Positions 51,101-62,800 of a stretch of DNA of 64,000 bases are shown here, piece after piece. Every line of letters starts with the position of its first letter. Positions within the stretch are counted from its first letter, which is position 1. The DNA is from Octopus sinensis. Its lineage: Eukaryota. A program made the translations under genes and the position numbers. Below the pieces are notes generated by a model, which was given only the letters and a program-made list of their open reading frames with translations, made no database searches and was not told the origin of the DNA. The stretch is taken from assembly GCF_006345805.1 (NCBI RefSeq), contig NC_043014.1, forward strand, positions 30,442,001-30,506,000. The letters are read 5' to 3'.

Positions 51101-53678
51101 GATGCAGAAACCTTGAATATCCTTAATTATTAAACCTGGGAAAGTACAGGACAAGAAGAGGGAAAAAAACTTAAAATATTGCTGCTGAAGTTGGAATTTA
51201 AAAACTAAAATAGTAATACATGCCCTTTTATATTTTATACTTTTACTTAAAAGTTTAAAATAAAATACTCAAAGAGCTATTTAATTTTCAATTTTAGTAA
51301 AAAAAATAATAATAATAATTGCTAGCAAGTTTACACAATAAAAATTTGATATTACAAATTTATATATTTAAAAAATCACATATTAACAATTATAGCCCCT
51401 AAGTCTAAAAAATCACATAATAACAATTATAACCCCTAAGTTTTTTTTTTTTTAAAACTAGAGAGTCATTTCTACATTTTGAACTCAATTTGTTCATTAG
51501 CTTTAATTTTTTAGAATATCTTTATAGATGTAAATAGAAAATACTTTTTTATCTGATAAAGCAAACTTTGAAGTAATTAATTATTTTGTTTCTTTAAAAG
51601 AATTTTTTTACTATTTTTTACTCTTTTGAATTACATTTATTCTGTGTGAATTTAATTTTATAACACAATATCTGTGATTTAAAATTTTTGGAGAATGTAT
51701 TTTGTTAAGGAAATAAAATTTTAAAAATAATATAATACTAAAAATTAGACAAATGTTTTAGCTTAAGACATGGAACACATGGCTAGATACCCTTAGAAAA
51801 TGGTAAAAAATCCCATACCTCTCAAACTCTGGTTAAGTGCTTTGTACCACAAAGCTAAGCAGCCTATAACATCAGATACCGTCTTTTATAATGCTAAATA
51901 TCTTAAAATGATAAAAATATTTTGATTTGTTAAAATGACCACTGTTTTTGTATCACTTAAAGCCACACCACTTTTTTTGTAGCTAATATTTTTTTATGAG
52001 GTTTTCACCATAAGATTCATCTCATAGAGATGAATCTTATGTATAGTTTTCTATTACAATAGAACTATTGTACAGTTTTCTTTTACAATAGTTGAAACAT
52101 TTTGATTCAAAGTCAATTTTGGGGGTTACCATTTTTTTCATCACTTAAAGTCATACTTTTCACATAGCTAATATTTTTTAACAAAATTTCTCACCAAAGT
52201 ATTGTTTTGAATAAGCACATTCTTTTAATCCCAATTAATCTATATTTTTCTTTTTAAATAACTGAGATATTTTGATTCAAAGTCAATTTTTCACCTTACT
52301 CTCACATATCTTGACCTAACTTTTTTCTAATGAACCAAATTTCAATTATTTTATCTCAAAAATGTAGCTGAAGACTGGACCATTATTGTTAAAAAAACTG
52401 CATTCAATTTGGTTGAGAACTGAATCAGTGATGAAGCCTAGAAGTACTCATGAGCAACTAAAAGTTGACCTTAATAAATTCATCCACTGCCATGAGTGAA
52501 CAATAAGTTTGACTTCAAACTCTGTTCTGCCTTCTTGTTGATAAATGGGAAAGGGTAAAAAATATCATTACTTTAGGCATTTTTTTGAGGAGTGATGGCT
52601 AGCATTAGTCAGTTTGAGAACCACTGCTTTAGAGAACAATTAGAGAGTCAAATGTGAAGATTATAATAGAAAACAACATAGGAAAGATAAAAGACTAGTA
52701 AGTGAAGAATAAAGGGAAAAAAGATAGAAAATTGCATTAAGGGTCAAAAATGGAAAGGAAATAAAGAAACAATAAAGAGTCAGATATTAGGAGTATAGAA
52801 AGTGGGGTATTATATAAGAGATCAATAATGGATCAAATGACAAATGACTGTTCTAACAGGCAAAGGTTGTTAAATGAATGAAGCTGGCTAAACCAACCAG
52901 ACAAAAGGATGTGGACAATTCTGTAATTCAAGTCAGGCAGAAAAATATTGAAGATGGTCTGTTACAACAGCAGCAGTAACAATAATAATGTAACTATTAA
53001 CAGACGTGTGTGACATCTCTCAGATAGAGATAGTTTTATATAAAATTTATAAAGAAGCACATACAAAAAAAAATTAATAATATTGGAGTTTGTGAATATT
53101 AGCTAATCAACATTTTATGTTGCCATGACAAAGGAAAAAACCCTAAAGGACAAAATATATATATATATGTAAGTATATATGTATGAGAGATTTCTTGCCA
53201 AAAGAGAAAGAGCCAGTTTCTAACCTAAATCCAAGGCTCCTTGGAATTTCAACATCAACAGGGGTGTATGTATGTATATGTGCAGTATTTGGAGTTAGTG
53301 CATGAGCAGATTTGTATGTTTTGTTTTATGTATTTTCCTGCATATAGTTGCATGTCTAGACATGTGCACATATACTTAAATAATATGTATGTGCTTCATA
53401 TAGTGGACCTTGTAGTGACAGAGTGAAGTCTTAGATTCACATTCATGTATAATCAAATAAGAGAAATAAGAAGCAACCACTTCAAGTCTTCAGTATCACT
53501 ACATGGTAAGTATCCACAAACATCACTCCTCGCTCCGATACACAAACACACACACGTATATAATTTTTCCTAAATCTCTTTATCTTCAATACTTGACACT
53601 AACTCCTCTTCTCAGTTTACAGAAAGAAGAAGTAAAGAAGGAAGGAAGGAATAACATTTATTATCCAATATTATTTAC

Positions 53679-53871
53679 CTTTGATTGTTTTCTTTTCACA
53701 AGCAGCACAACCATCAGAAATCATGTGGAAATCATTCTTGTCAATCACACTCTGCAGACATCTGTTGATGATTTTGGGGAAACCCTGCTGAGAGAGCATC
53801 ATGTACTTCTCTCGAACGGTAAGCGCCTTGACTAAGCTCTTGGAAGCTTCTTCGAGGTCTTTCAGTGGGAT
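53679..53871 (-). CDS. AMPD2: AMP deaminase exon
   Basis: Acceptor TTTCTCATGTTAG, donor AAAG|GTAAAT. IPLKDLEEASKSLVKALTVREKYMMLSQQGFPKIINRCLQSVIDKNDFHMISDGCAACEKKTIK matches AMPD2 [31 protein letters not shown]. 193 nt, phase 0 to 1. Confidence 0.95.
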
Positions 53872-54954
53872 CTAACATGAGAAACAGAAAAAGGGAAACA
53901 GTGAAATTCAAATCATTAAATGCTAAATTGATTTAAAACATAATGATTTCTCACATTGGTACAAGGAATTGCACATATTTATAAACTGCAGATCTATCTA
54001 ATTGGTTACTCAAACTGCTGTTAGAAATAACAGAATAGCATTGTATATAAAAAAATAGGAAGGTCGTCATTGTCGTCATCATCAGCAGCAGCAGCATTTA
54101 ATATCTGTCTTCCATGCTGGCATGGGTTAGATGGTTTGACAGGAGCTGGTAAGCTAGAAGACTGCACCGAACTGTAATTCTTAGATATGTGATGGGTGAA
54201 AGTAAATCATGGCTAGAATGCCTTTGATCATGTGTCTGTGCTACCTGGGATGCCTGATGTCTAGGGTTAAACAAGGGCAACCTCTAGAATTTGCAAGATC
54301 TCTGCAAACAGAATCTGGCTTCAAATTCTAGTTGTAACAGGTTCTCTTTTTTTTTGTTGAAATACCATTTTGTATGGAATGGCTGCACATTGTATAGATA
54401 ATAACAATGCATTGTATGAAATGATCCCACAGTATATGAAATGGTCAAACATTATATGAACTAACATCATCATCATTGTCATCATTATCATCATCATCGT
54501 CATCATTTATTAAATTTTCATAGTTCTTTGCTTTCTGTGAAATAACTAACATTTGTATAAAATGACCACACATTAGATGAAATATTTCAAAAGTTGAAAC
54601 CATAAAAATACGTAAGTGATGCAGTACGACTCCAATTTACTATAGCTGGAAGGATGAAGAGTGATATTGATATTATCAGCAATCAATGGTTGAAGGTTAA
54701 AAAAAAAGGTGAAAGTTAAGAAAAAATTATTTCTGATACCATTAGCAACTTTGATAAAATCAACCAAGTGCCCACTCAACACCAATAAATGTCACCCTGA
54801 CATTTATTGCTGGTTTTCAGAAATCATCATAGGAAATAATTACACATTGTACCAACTTGCTACACAGTGCATGAAATGGCTACAGAAAATGAAATCACAG
54901 CGTATGAAATTATTACACATTGAAAATCTCCACAATTTGCTTGAAGTTTAACCC

Positions 54955-55400
54955 CCTAGCATTCCAAATTGTCCAGGAAAATCAAAATCGAGTTGTTCAT
55001 TGCAACTGTCAAATCAGTGCTACTATATGGCAGTGAAACATGGACACTAACAAAGAAATTATCAAACAGGCTACATGGCTGCTACACAAGGATGCTATAA
55101 GTGGCCCTAAATGTGAAATGGCAACAACATATGACAAACAAATGCCTTTATGAGAGACTTGCTGAAAATTAGCAATAAGATCAGGCTGTGATTATCTATC
55201 AGTGTGTACGCCACCATGTACTGGAAGCATCTGAATTAGTCTTGTGGCACCCACTTTATGGTGATGTAAGAAGAGGAAAATGTTGCCACACTTATATTAA
55301 CAATTTGAGCAGACACTGAATTGGAATGTATCCAGGACCGTGAAGTAGTGATGTTGAACCGAGAAGTGTGATAGGTGGACTTTGTTGCTGTGGCCCGGGT
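54955..55400 (+). mobile_element. RTE-like LINE RT C-terminal fragment
   Basis: SKLSRKIKIELFIATVKSVLLYGSETWTLTKKLSNRLHGCYTRML*VALNVKWQQHMTNKCLYERL. Confidence 0.88.
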
Positions 55401-55424
55401 TGGAACCCAGCCATAGATAGATAG

Positions 55425-56030
55425 ATCAGCATTCAGATTACTCTGTCAAATGTAATATTTATTTTCTCACATTATTTTGAATTAATCATGCATTATAGGC
55501 ACAGGAGTGGCTGTGTGGTAAGCAGCTTGCTTACCAACCACATGGTTCCGGGTTCGGTCCCACTGCGTGGCACCTTAGGCAAGTGTCTTCTATAGCCTCA
55601 GGCCGACCAAAGCGACCAAAGATTTGGTAGACGGAAACTGAAAGAAGCCCGTCGTATATATGTATATATATGTGTGTGTGTGTGCATGTTTGTGTGTCTA
55701 TGTTTGTCCACCTAGCATTGCTTGACAACTGATGCTGGTGTGTTTACATCCCTGTCACTTAGCGGTTTGGCAAAAGAGACCAATAGAATAAGTACTGGGC
55801 TTGCAAAGAATAAGTCCCGGGGTCGATTTGCTCGACTAAAGGCAGTGCTCCAGCATGGCCACGGTCAAATGACTGAAACAAGTGAAGAGTAAGAGTATAT
55901 CTTAACTTCAAGATTTCAATGATATAATTGTGTATTTACAGGATAGGTGTGAGAGGCTGAATTTGGTAGGTTTAAACATAAAACAGGTAGGATATTTGGG
56001 CTGGATATGATTGGTTTAAATGCTAAAGCA
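55425..56030 (+). mobile_element. MITE C split by a full SINE A insertion (about 55497-55897)
   Basis: MITE halves ...AATTAATCATGCATT | ATCTTAAC...AATGCTAAAGCATTAA rejoin to the family consensus seen at 3084 and 62263. Confidence 0.8.
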
Positions 56031-56548
56031 TTAAATGAAGAAGAATATTTTTTACCATTATAAACAGTGATAAGATCTATGAAGTGGCCATTCAACACCA
56101 ATAAATGTCACAAATCAATATTGTTTAACCCCTTTAGCATTTAAAATGGGCAAATCCAGCCCAAATATTTTGTACCTATTTTATGTTCAAACTGGTCAGA
56201 TCCAGCTTATCATACCTACCATAGAATGTCATTCGAAAAATAAGCAATCATATGATTGAAATCTTGAAGCAATGAGATAATGCACAATTAATTCAAAACA
56301 ATGTGAAAAAATATGCATTACATTTGACAGAGTAATCTGAATGCTATAGGGTTAAAAAACATATGAACTGATTATAAAAAAGAATTCCAAATATAAAAAT
56401 CTGTTGAGAATTAAGCTCTCAGTTGACCGAATACTTTGTTTAAATGATTACTAACACGGCACAGATCAACCCAAACAAGTCTGATGTGCAGAGTGCACAC
56501 AATAACAACAAGAACAAGAAACGGCATTTATAGAGTTTATAGACTTAC

Positions 56549-56729
56549 ACCACTGAAATGTTTTCCTTGAACTCCACATTTGTTGACTATGGAGATTCTT
56601 TCAAACATTGGAGACAGATCAATGTCAGGGGTAGATTTAGTCTCGTCAATATCTGGAACACTCTCTGCTCTTTTCCAACAGCGATTTGCTTCATCTTCAG
56701 GTTCATTATAGTGCATCCAAGGACTGGAA
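56549..56729 (-). CDS. AMPD2: AMP deaminase exon (most 5' found in window; N-terminal region)
   Basis: Acceptor TTATTCTTTGTCTAG, donor GGT|GTAAGT. Encodes SSPWMHYNEPEDEANRCWKRAESVPDIDETKSTPDIDLSPMFERISIVNKCGVQGKHFSG; FERISI..KCG resembles AMPD2 FQRVTISGEEKCG. 181 nt, enters phase 2, exits phase 0, matching the next exon. Confidence 0.85.
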
Positions 56730-59447
56730 CTAGACAAAGAATAAGAGAAGAAGGTTAAAAACTATATAGATTTTTTTTCATTTGAAACAAACTTTAAAAT
56801 GGTGAGCCATGTGGTCACTTGATCAGCTAGAAATACTGACCAAAACTCCTTCAAATCACACCATACCGTCTTAAAGATAAAAACTACATTGGATAGCTTA
56901 GACCTGGATATACTCTGACTGAAAAGGATAAAAAACAAGATAATCACATCTGGAATGCCTTTGGTCATAGCTTTAGTTGATCAGGACTAACCTAGGGCTA
57001 AGCAACAAGTTTGAAATGATAATGTTAAAATACCCAGTTCTGAAAATTATGAAGCAAAGTGAACTATGCCATTTAGGTGCATAAAAATAAACAACAAAAT
57101 AAAAGATAACGCGATAAACCTCAGCCAGTCACATTCTCTTCAGGCCTAAATAAGAAATAAAGATTAGCAGTTCAAGGAGTTTTAGTGCTTTCCAGGGCTT
57201 CTGGGCCTGGTTGAAGGGAGTGTTACCTTAAAACCTAAGCACTAACATGTATGCTTCTAAAAGGGTGAGTTCTGCTAAAAACCCAGGAACCAAGTGGTAG
57301 TGTTAAACTGGATAATGGATGAATTCTACTACCCAACAACAAGCACAGTCTCTCAAACTTCCTTCCACACAGTTTCTGCCTAACAAATTTTACTCACAAG
57401 ATTTTGCTTACTTCAAGGCTATAGTTGAAAATATTTTAACAAAGTGCCGTGCACTGGGATTGAACCTGATGCTATACAGTTGCAAAGTGAACTTCTTTTT
57501 AACTAAACCTTGCCTGTACCTGTATGTTCGTATATAAAATAGCAAGCTGACAGAATCATTAGCACAGCAGATGATATACTTAGTAGCAGTTCTCCTAACT
57601 TTTTACATTCTGAGTTCAAATTCTACTGCGGTCAACTATACCATTTATCCTTCCAGGGTTGATAAAATAAGTACTAGCTAAGCACGAGAGGCAGGGCAGC
57701 ATGTAATAAACTTACACCCTGCACCCCATCCTCTGAAGTTATTAGCCTGGGGTCAAACTTTGAAACCATGTACGTGTATATACACATACCTACACACTTT
57801 GTCTACACAGATCTCTTTCTTGTTCTCTCTAGAAATCTATAATTAGATATATATATGCATGGGCTTCTGTGTATATGCAATTTTTGTAATTAAGTGTATA
57901 GACATGTAAGGTATATAATGGTAAATGCATGTATATAAATATACAGTTATACACAGGGATGCATATAATTGAATGTATGTGTATTTTGACATGCTTGTGG
58001 ATGTATGTATTATTATGTATGATTAAATAGTTGGATGAAAGAATATGTGCAAGTGTCTGCATATATGTGTGTGTGTGTGCATGCATGTATATGTAAGTGT
58101 GCACATATGTACATACATTCATGTGTACATGAATACCTACATACATATATACAATCATAACAGCAATAAAAGCCTGCTAGCATTGCCTTGAACTGGAAAT
58201 AATAAAGCTTTGGTTAAATCTGGTTTGTGATTTATTAATCAATAATATATGTGGATGTTTGGATATCAAATACTTGGGGCTTGCTGAGTCTGATGAATAG
58301 AGCTATCAAATAACCAAGCTTCTATATAAAAAAAAGAATGGCCAAGTCAACAAGGAAGCATCTATGTAATGAGTTAACCTGCTAGAGATAGCAGGTAAAT
58401 CTCCCTAAAATTACACCCATCCAATTCATAAATAAAAAAGAATACACTGAATTCCTGAATTCCTAGGTATACTGTGTCTTAAAAAGATAGAGTAGCTACG
58501 ACTGGAATGCCTTTGGTTATCAGTCAGATGGATCATAATTCCATGAGATGCTGTATTTGAGAATTTTATTTAATCTCGATCAGTTGTTTAGTAAGTAGTT
58601 AAGCAGTTTTTAGCAGTAATTCATAATTTATGAGAAATTTTAAGGTAGAATTTGGAAATTCCAGTAGGGAACTTGTTTGCAGGTTACAAAAATTCCTTAA
58701 CATCATTCATGCTGTTATCATCACCATTATCAACATTTACCATCCGTTTTCCATGCTGGCATGGGTTGGACAGCTTGACAGGAACTGGCAAAGCCAGGGG
58801 CTGCACTAGGTTCCACAGTCTGGTTTAGATTGGTTTCTACAGCTGGATGCACTTTCTAATGCCAACCACTTTACAGGATGTACTGGGTGCTTTTTACATG
58901 GCACCAGCAGCACCCACACCAACACCTTTTACATTGCACCTTGGTTTTAGGATTTCAATTCTGTTGTGGTAGGCAGGTCTCCTCAAGTGCAGCAATATGT
59001 GACACACCTTGATCCTTTATCATCTCCTTCATAAGGTTCAGTGTTTTGAGATTGGCCTTCAATACTTCATCCTAATATGTTCATTTTCAATAAATTTATT
59101 CTCCTTTCAAGGACACTGATGTTGAATTAATATATAAGGCTATAGATGTTATGAAATATATTTTGTTGTATACAAGAGTTGTTTTCTTATATGTGGGGAG
59201 AAATTGGGCAGCAAACTGATGAAGATGAAAGGTGAAGATGAAGACATACAGAAAAAAGATTAAGAAACACTAACATTAACACACATATACACACAGATAC
59301 AGACACGGTTGTGTGGTAAGAAGCTTGCTTTCCAACCACATGGTTCTTGAGTGAATTTGGTAGACAGAAACTGAAAGAAGTCCATTGTATATGTGTGTGT
59401 GTGTGTGTGCATGTGTACACACACATTATAACTGAAAGGTTCCTATT

Positions 59448-59856
59448 TTTTTTATTCTTTATTGACCACAAGGGGCTAAACATAGAGGGGACAAACAAAG
59501 GACTAAGTCGATTACATCGACCCCAGTGCGTAACTGGTACTTATTTAATCGACCCCGAAAGGATGAAAGGCGAAGTTGACCTCGGCGGAATTTGAGCTCA
59601 GAACATAGCGGCAGATGAAATACCTATTTCTTTATTAGCCACAAGGGGCTAAACACAGAGGGGACAAACAAGGACAGACATAGGTATTAAGTCGATTACA
59701 TCGACCCCAGTGCGTAACTGGTGCTTAATTTATCGACCCTGAAAGGATGAAAGGCAAAGTCAACCTCGGCGGAATTTGAACTCACAACGTAATGCAGATG
59801 AAATACCGTTAAGCTTTTCGCCCAGCATGCTAACGTTTCTGCTAGCTCGCCACCTT
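59448..59856 (-). mobile_element. Head-to-tail SINE B dimer within one 15-bp TSD
   Basis: TGAAAGGTTCCTATT at 59433-59447 and 59857-59871; two tail-bearing units between them. Confidence 0.85.
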
Positions 59857-62800
59857 TGAAAGGTTCCTATTACCAGCACTCAGAGTTCCTTGCTTCCAAT
59901 CATCAGCTAGCAAACCAAGCCTGCTTTTCTTTTCAAATACCCACTGTCTGAATATTTTTGTGAAATATGAAATGAAACTTTGAGGAAAAGACTTATCCTT
60001 AGGTTCTTTGGTTGAGAAACACCCTTGTGAATGACACATGCGAAAATAGCTGCTTCATGTTCACATTTTTGATTTCATTTCTGCTTCTCATGATACTATC
60101 ATGTCTTAAGAGTGGTGATCTGGCAGGATCATTAGCACAAATTGTAAAGACGGACAAGATGCTAAGCAGCATTTGATCAAATCTTTACATTTTGAGTTCA
60201 AATTTGCCTTTCATCCTTTCTGGGATGATAAAATAAGTACCAGTTGTATACTGGGACTGATATAATTGAATTACTCCCTTCCCAGAAATTGCTGGCCTTG
60301 TGTGAAAATTTGAAATCAATATTATAAATGTCTTAAACTCCATATGAGTGAAATCATGAAATTGCGTCGTTTTTAAGTAATACTATTAATTAATGTTTTT
60401 AAAAACAATGAGTGAGTATGTGTGTGCTCCTATTGCATGCACCTGTGCAGATGCACACATATATATAAATGCACTCATACACACACATATATCTATATAC
60501 ATAGAATTATATATGCATGCATACATATACACATATGCATATATATACATATCCACATATAAACTTACACCTACACATAATAAAGCATATCAAAATGTTC
60601 TTAGAATCAACTCAACCATACATAAAAAGTGGAATTATTTATTTCAAAATATCTAGAAAGTTTCAGGATTTTACACTCAAATTCACATGACTTATTGATT
60701 TTTTAAAAAACATCTAACTGTTTTTCTTTTATTTTCCTTCTTCTTTGTAAAACAAGGTATTTTCTTGGCATCAGAGCTTTAGTAATCTCTTATTTCTTAA
60801 TCTATAAAATCTCACTAGAAAACAATTTAAAGCAATGCTTCTTTTCACATTTTTTTTAAAAACTACCATGGATCGGATCTATCCAATGTTTATATGCTTC
60901 TATTACTAGTGGCATATTTTTTATGAACTACATCTGCCAACATTATGAAGTGACTCTGAGCCCCCAGAAACATTTGTCAGACCTATAGTGCCATACCTTC
61001 TCCCTTTTAATTTTTCTGTGTCTTTGTACTCAATGTAAATTTGCTCTGGTAATATATAAATGCCTGTATATTATACATGAATAATCATCTGAAAATTTTC
61101 AGTCTTTGCTTTCTCTCTATTTACACGTATATATGTAAGTATATTTTGTATATCTAACCCAAGCAGTTTTATTTGTTTATTTGCATACTCTTTTACTTGT
61201 TTCAGTCATTTGACTGTGGCCATGCTGGAGCACCACCTTTAGCCGAGGAAATTGACTCCAGAACTTATTTTTTGTAAGCCTAGTACTTGTTCTATCGGTG
61301 AAGTAAAATCGTGGTTGCCCTAGCATAAAGGCATGTCTCCTACATCTCTTTCCGGCTGAGCAATCCTAATCTTGCAGTCTTGTGGGTGCTAGTGCCACAT
61401 GAAAATCACCTAAACAGGTGCTGTATAAAAGCACCTGGTACACTCTGTAAAATGGTGTTAGGAATGGCATCCAGCTGTAGAAACCATGCCAAAACAGACA
61501 TGGAGCCCAGGCATCTCTTCAGCAGGCCAGCACCTGTCAAACCGTCCAACCCATACCAGCATGGAAAACAGACACTAAATGAAGAATGTAAAAAAAAGGA
61601 AAAGAAATTTCGAATTCAAAATTTCAGAGGTCAAGTCTGACTTTCAACCTTCCTGAGCTGATCTCAGATAAGTACCATTCAAGTACATGAGTTAACCCTA
61701 ATCAACTAAATACCTCTCTCCTTCACCATCATCCCTATGTTTCTTTATTATAATATCACTATTATTATTATTATTATTATTATTTGTCTCATTCTTATCC
61801 TTATTTCAAATAAAGTTCACAATAGATGTCAGACTAAATATTTTGAAGGTCAAACCAGTTAACATCCTTAAAATACAGTTGAAACAGGGAAGGCCATTTT
61901 ACAATTTTATAGACACAATCCAGTTTTGGTTTGAATTTACTTATAGTGAATAGGGTCCTGAATTCCATCACAGAAATGGAAATTGCATTGACCTAAAATT
62001 TAAAACCCCATGATAGTTTGTTTGGAAAATCTGACAGAATCAGTGGAAAGGGTCCATTAAGTTAATTCAGTAGTCTCAGAAACAACAGAAGGCTGTATTA
62101 AATGCATTCTGGTAGTTAGTCATGACTATTAAATGTTCTGAATCAGGCCCATCACAACTGACTTAATTTTCCTTATATCCCTCCTTACAAAATTAAATAC
62201 ATACCACCAGTGAACTGAAGTCTATACAACTGACTACATTCTTCATGTACAAATATGTAGTTTTAACCCTTTAGCATTCAGATTATTCTGTTAAATGTAA
62301 TGCTTTTTCATTCACATTGTTTTTAATTAATCATACATTATCTTAAAGCTTTGAAATTTTGATGATGTGATTATATATTTTTGAAATGGCATTGTAGGGT
62401 AGGTGTGACAGGCTGGATCTGGCTGGCTAGAAAGAAAAACAGGTGACATATTTGGGCCAGTTTAAATGCTATAAGGCTAAACCAAATACCTTTTATCTTT
62501 TATCTTCTTGTTTCACTCATTAGACTGCAGCCATGCTAAAGCACTGCCTCGAAGAATTTTTTTTTTAGTTGAATGTATTGACCCCAGTACATTTCTTTTT
62601 TTTTTTTAAGCCTGATGCTTATTCTATCAGTCTCTCTTGCCAAACCACTAAGTTATGGGGGCATAAAAACAACAGCACCAGTTGCCAAGCGATAGTGGGA
62701 AAACAAACACAGACACAAAGACACACACAATTGGCTTCTTTCAGTTTCTGTCTCCCAAATCCACTCACAAAGCATTGGTGGTCTTGAGGCTATAGTAAAA

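Noticed and set aside
51000-51760. Very AT-rich tract as a possible NUMT
   Set aside because: No recognisable mitochondrial gene, rRNA or tRNA motif.
50900-52626. Complete hAT element
   Set aside because: Only one Charlie-like terminus was seen; no matching left TIR, 8-bp TSD or transposase remnant was identified.
58280-58325. CTGATGA-ATAG/CTAT-CAAA hammerhead-like string
   Set aside because: CAAA instead of GAAA, a 2-nt loop, and no adjacent stem I.
59842-60039. 65-aa minus ORF as the upstream AMPD exon
   Set aside because: No AMPD similarity, and its possible donors are phase 0 or 1 whereas exon 56729 needs phase 2.
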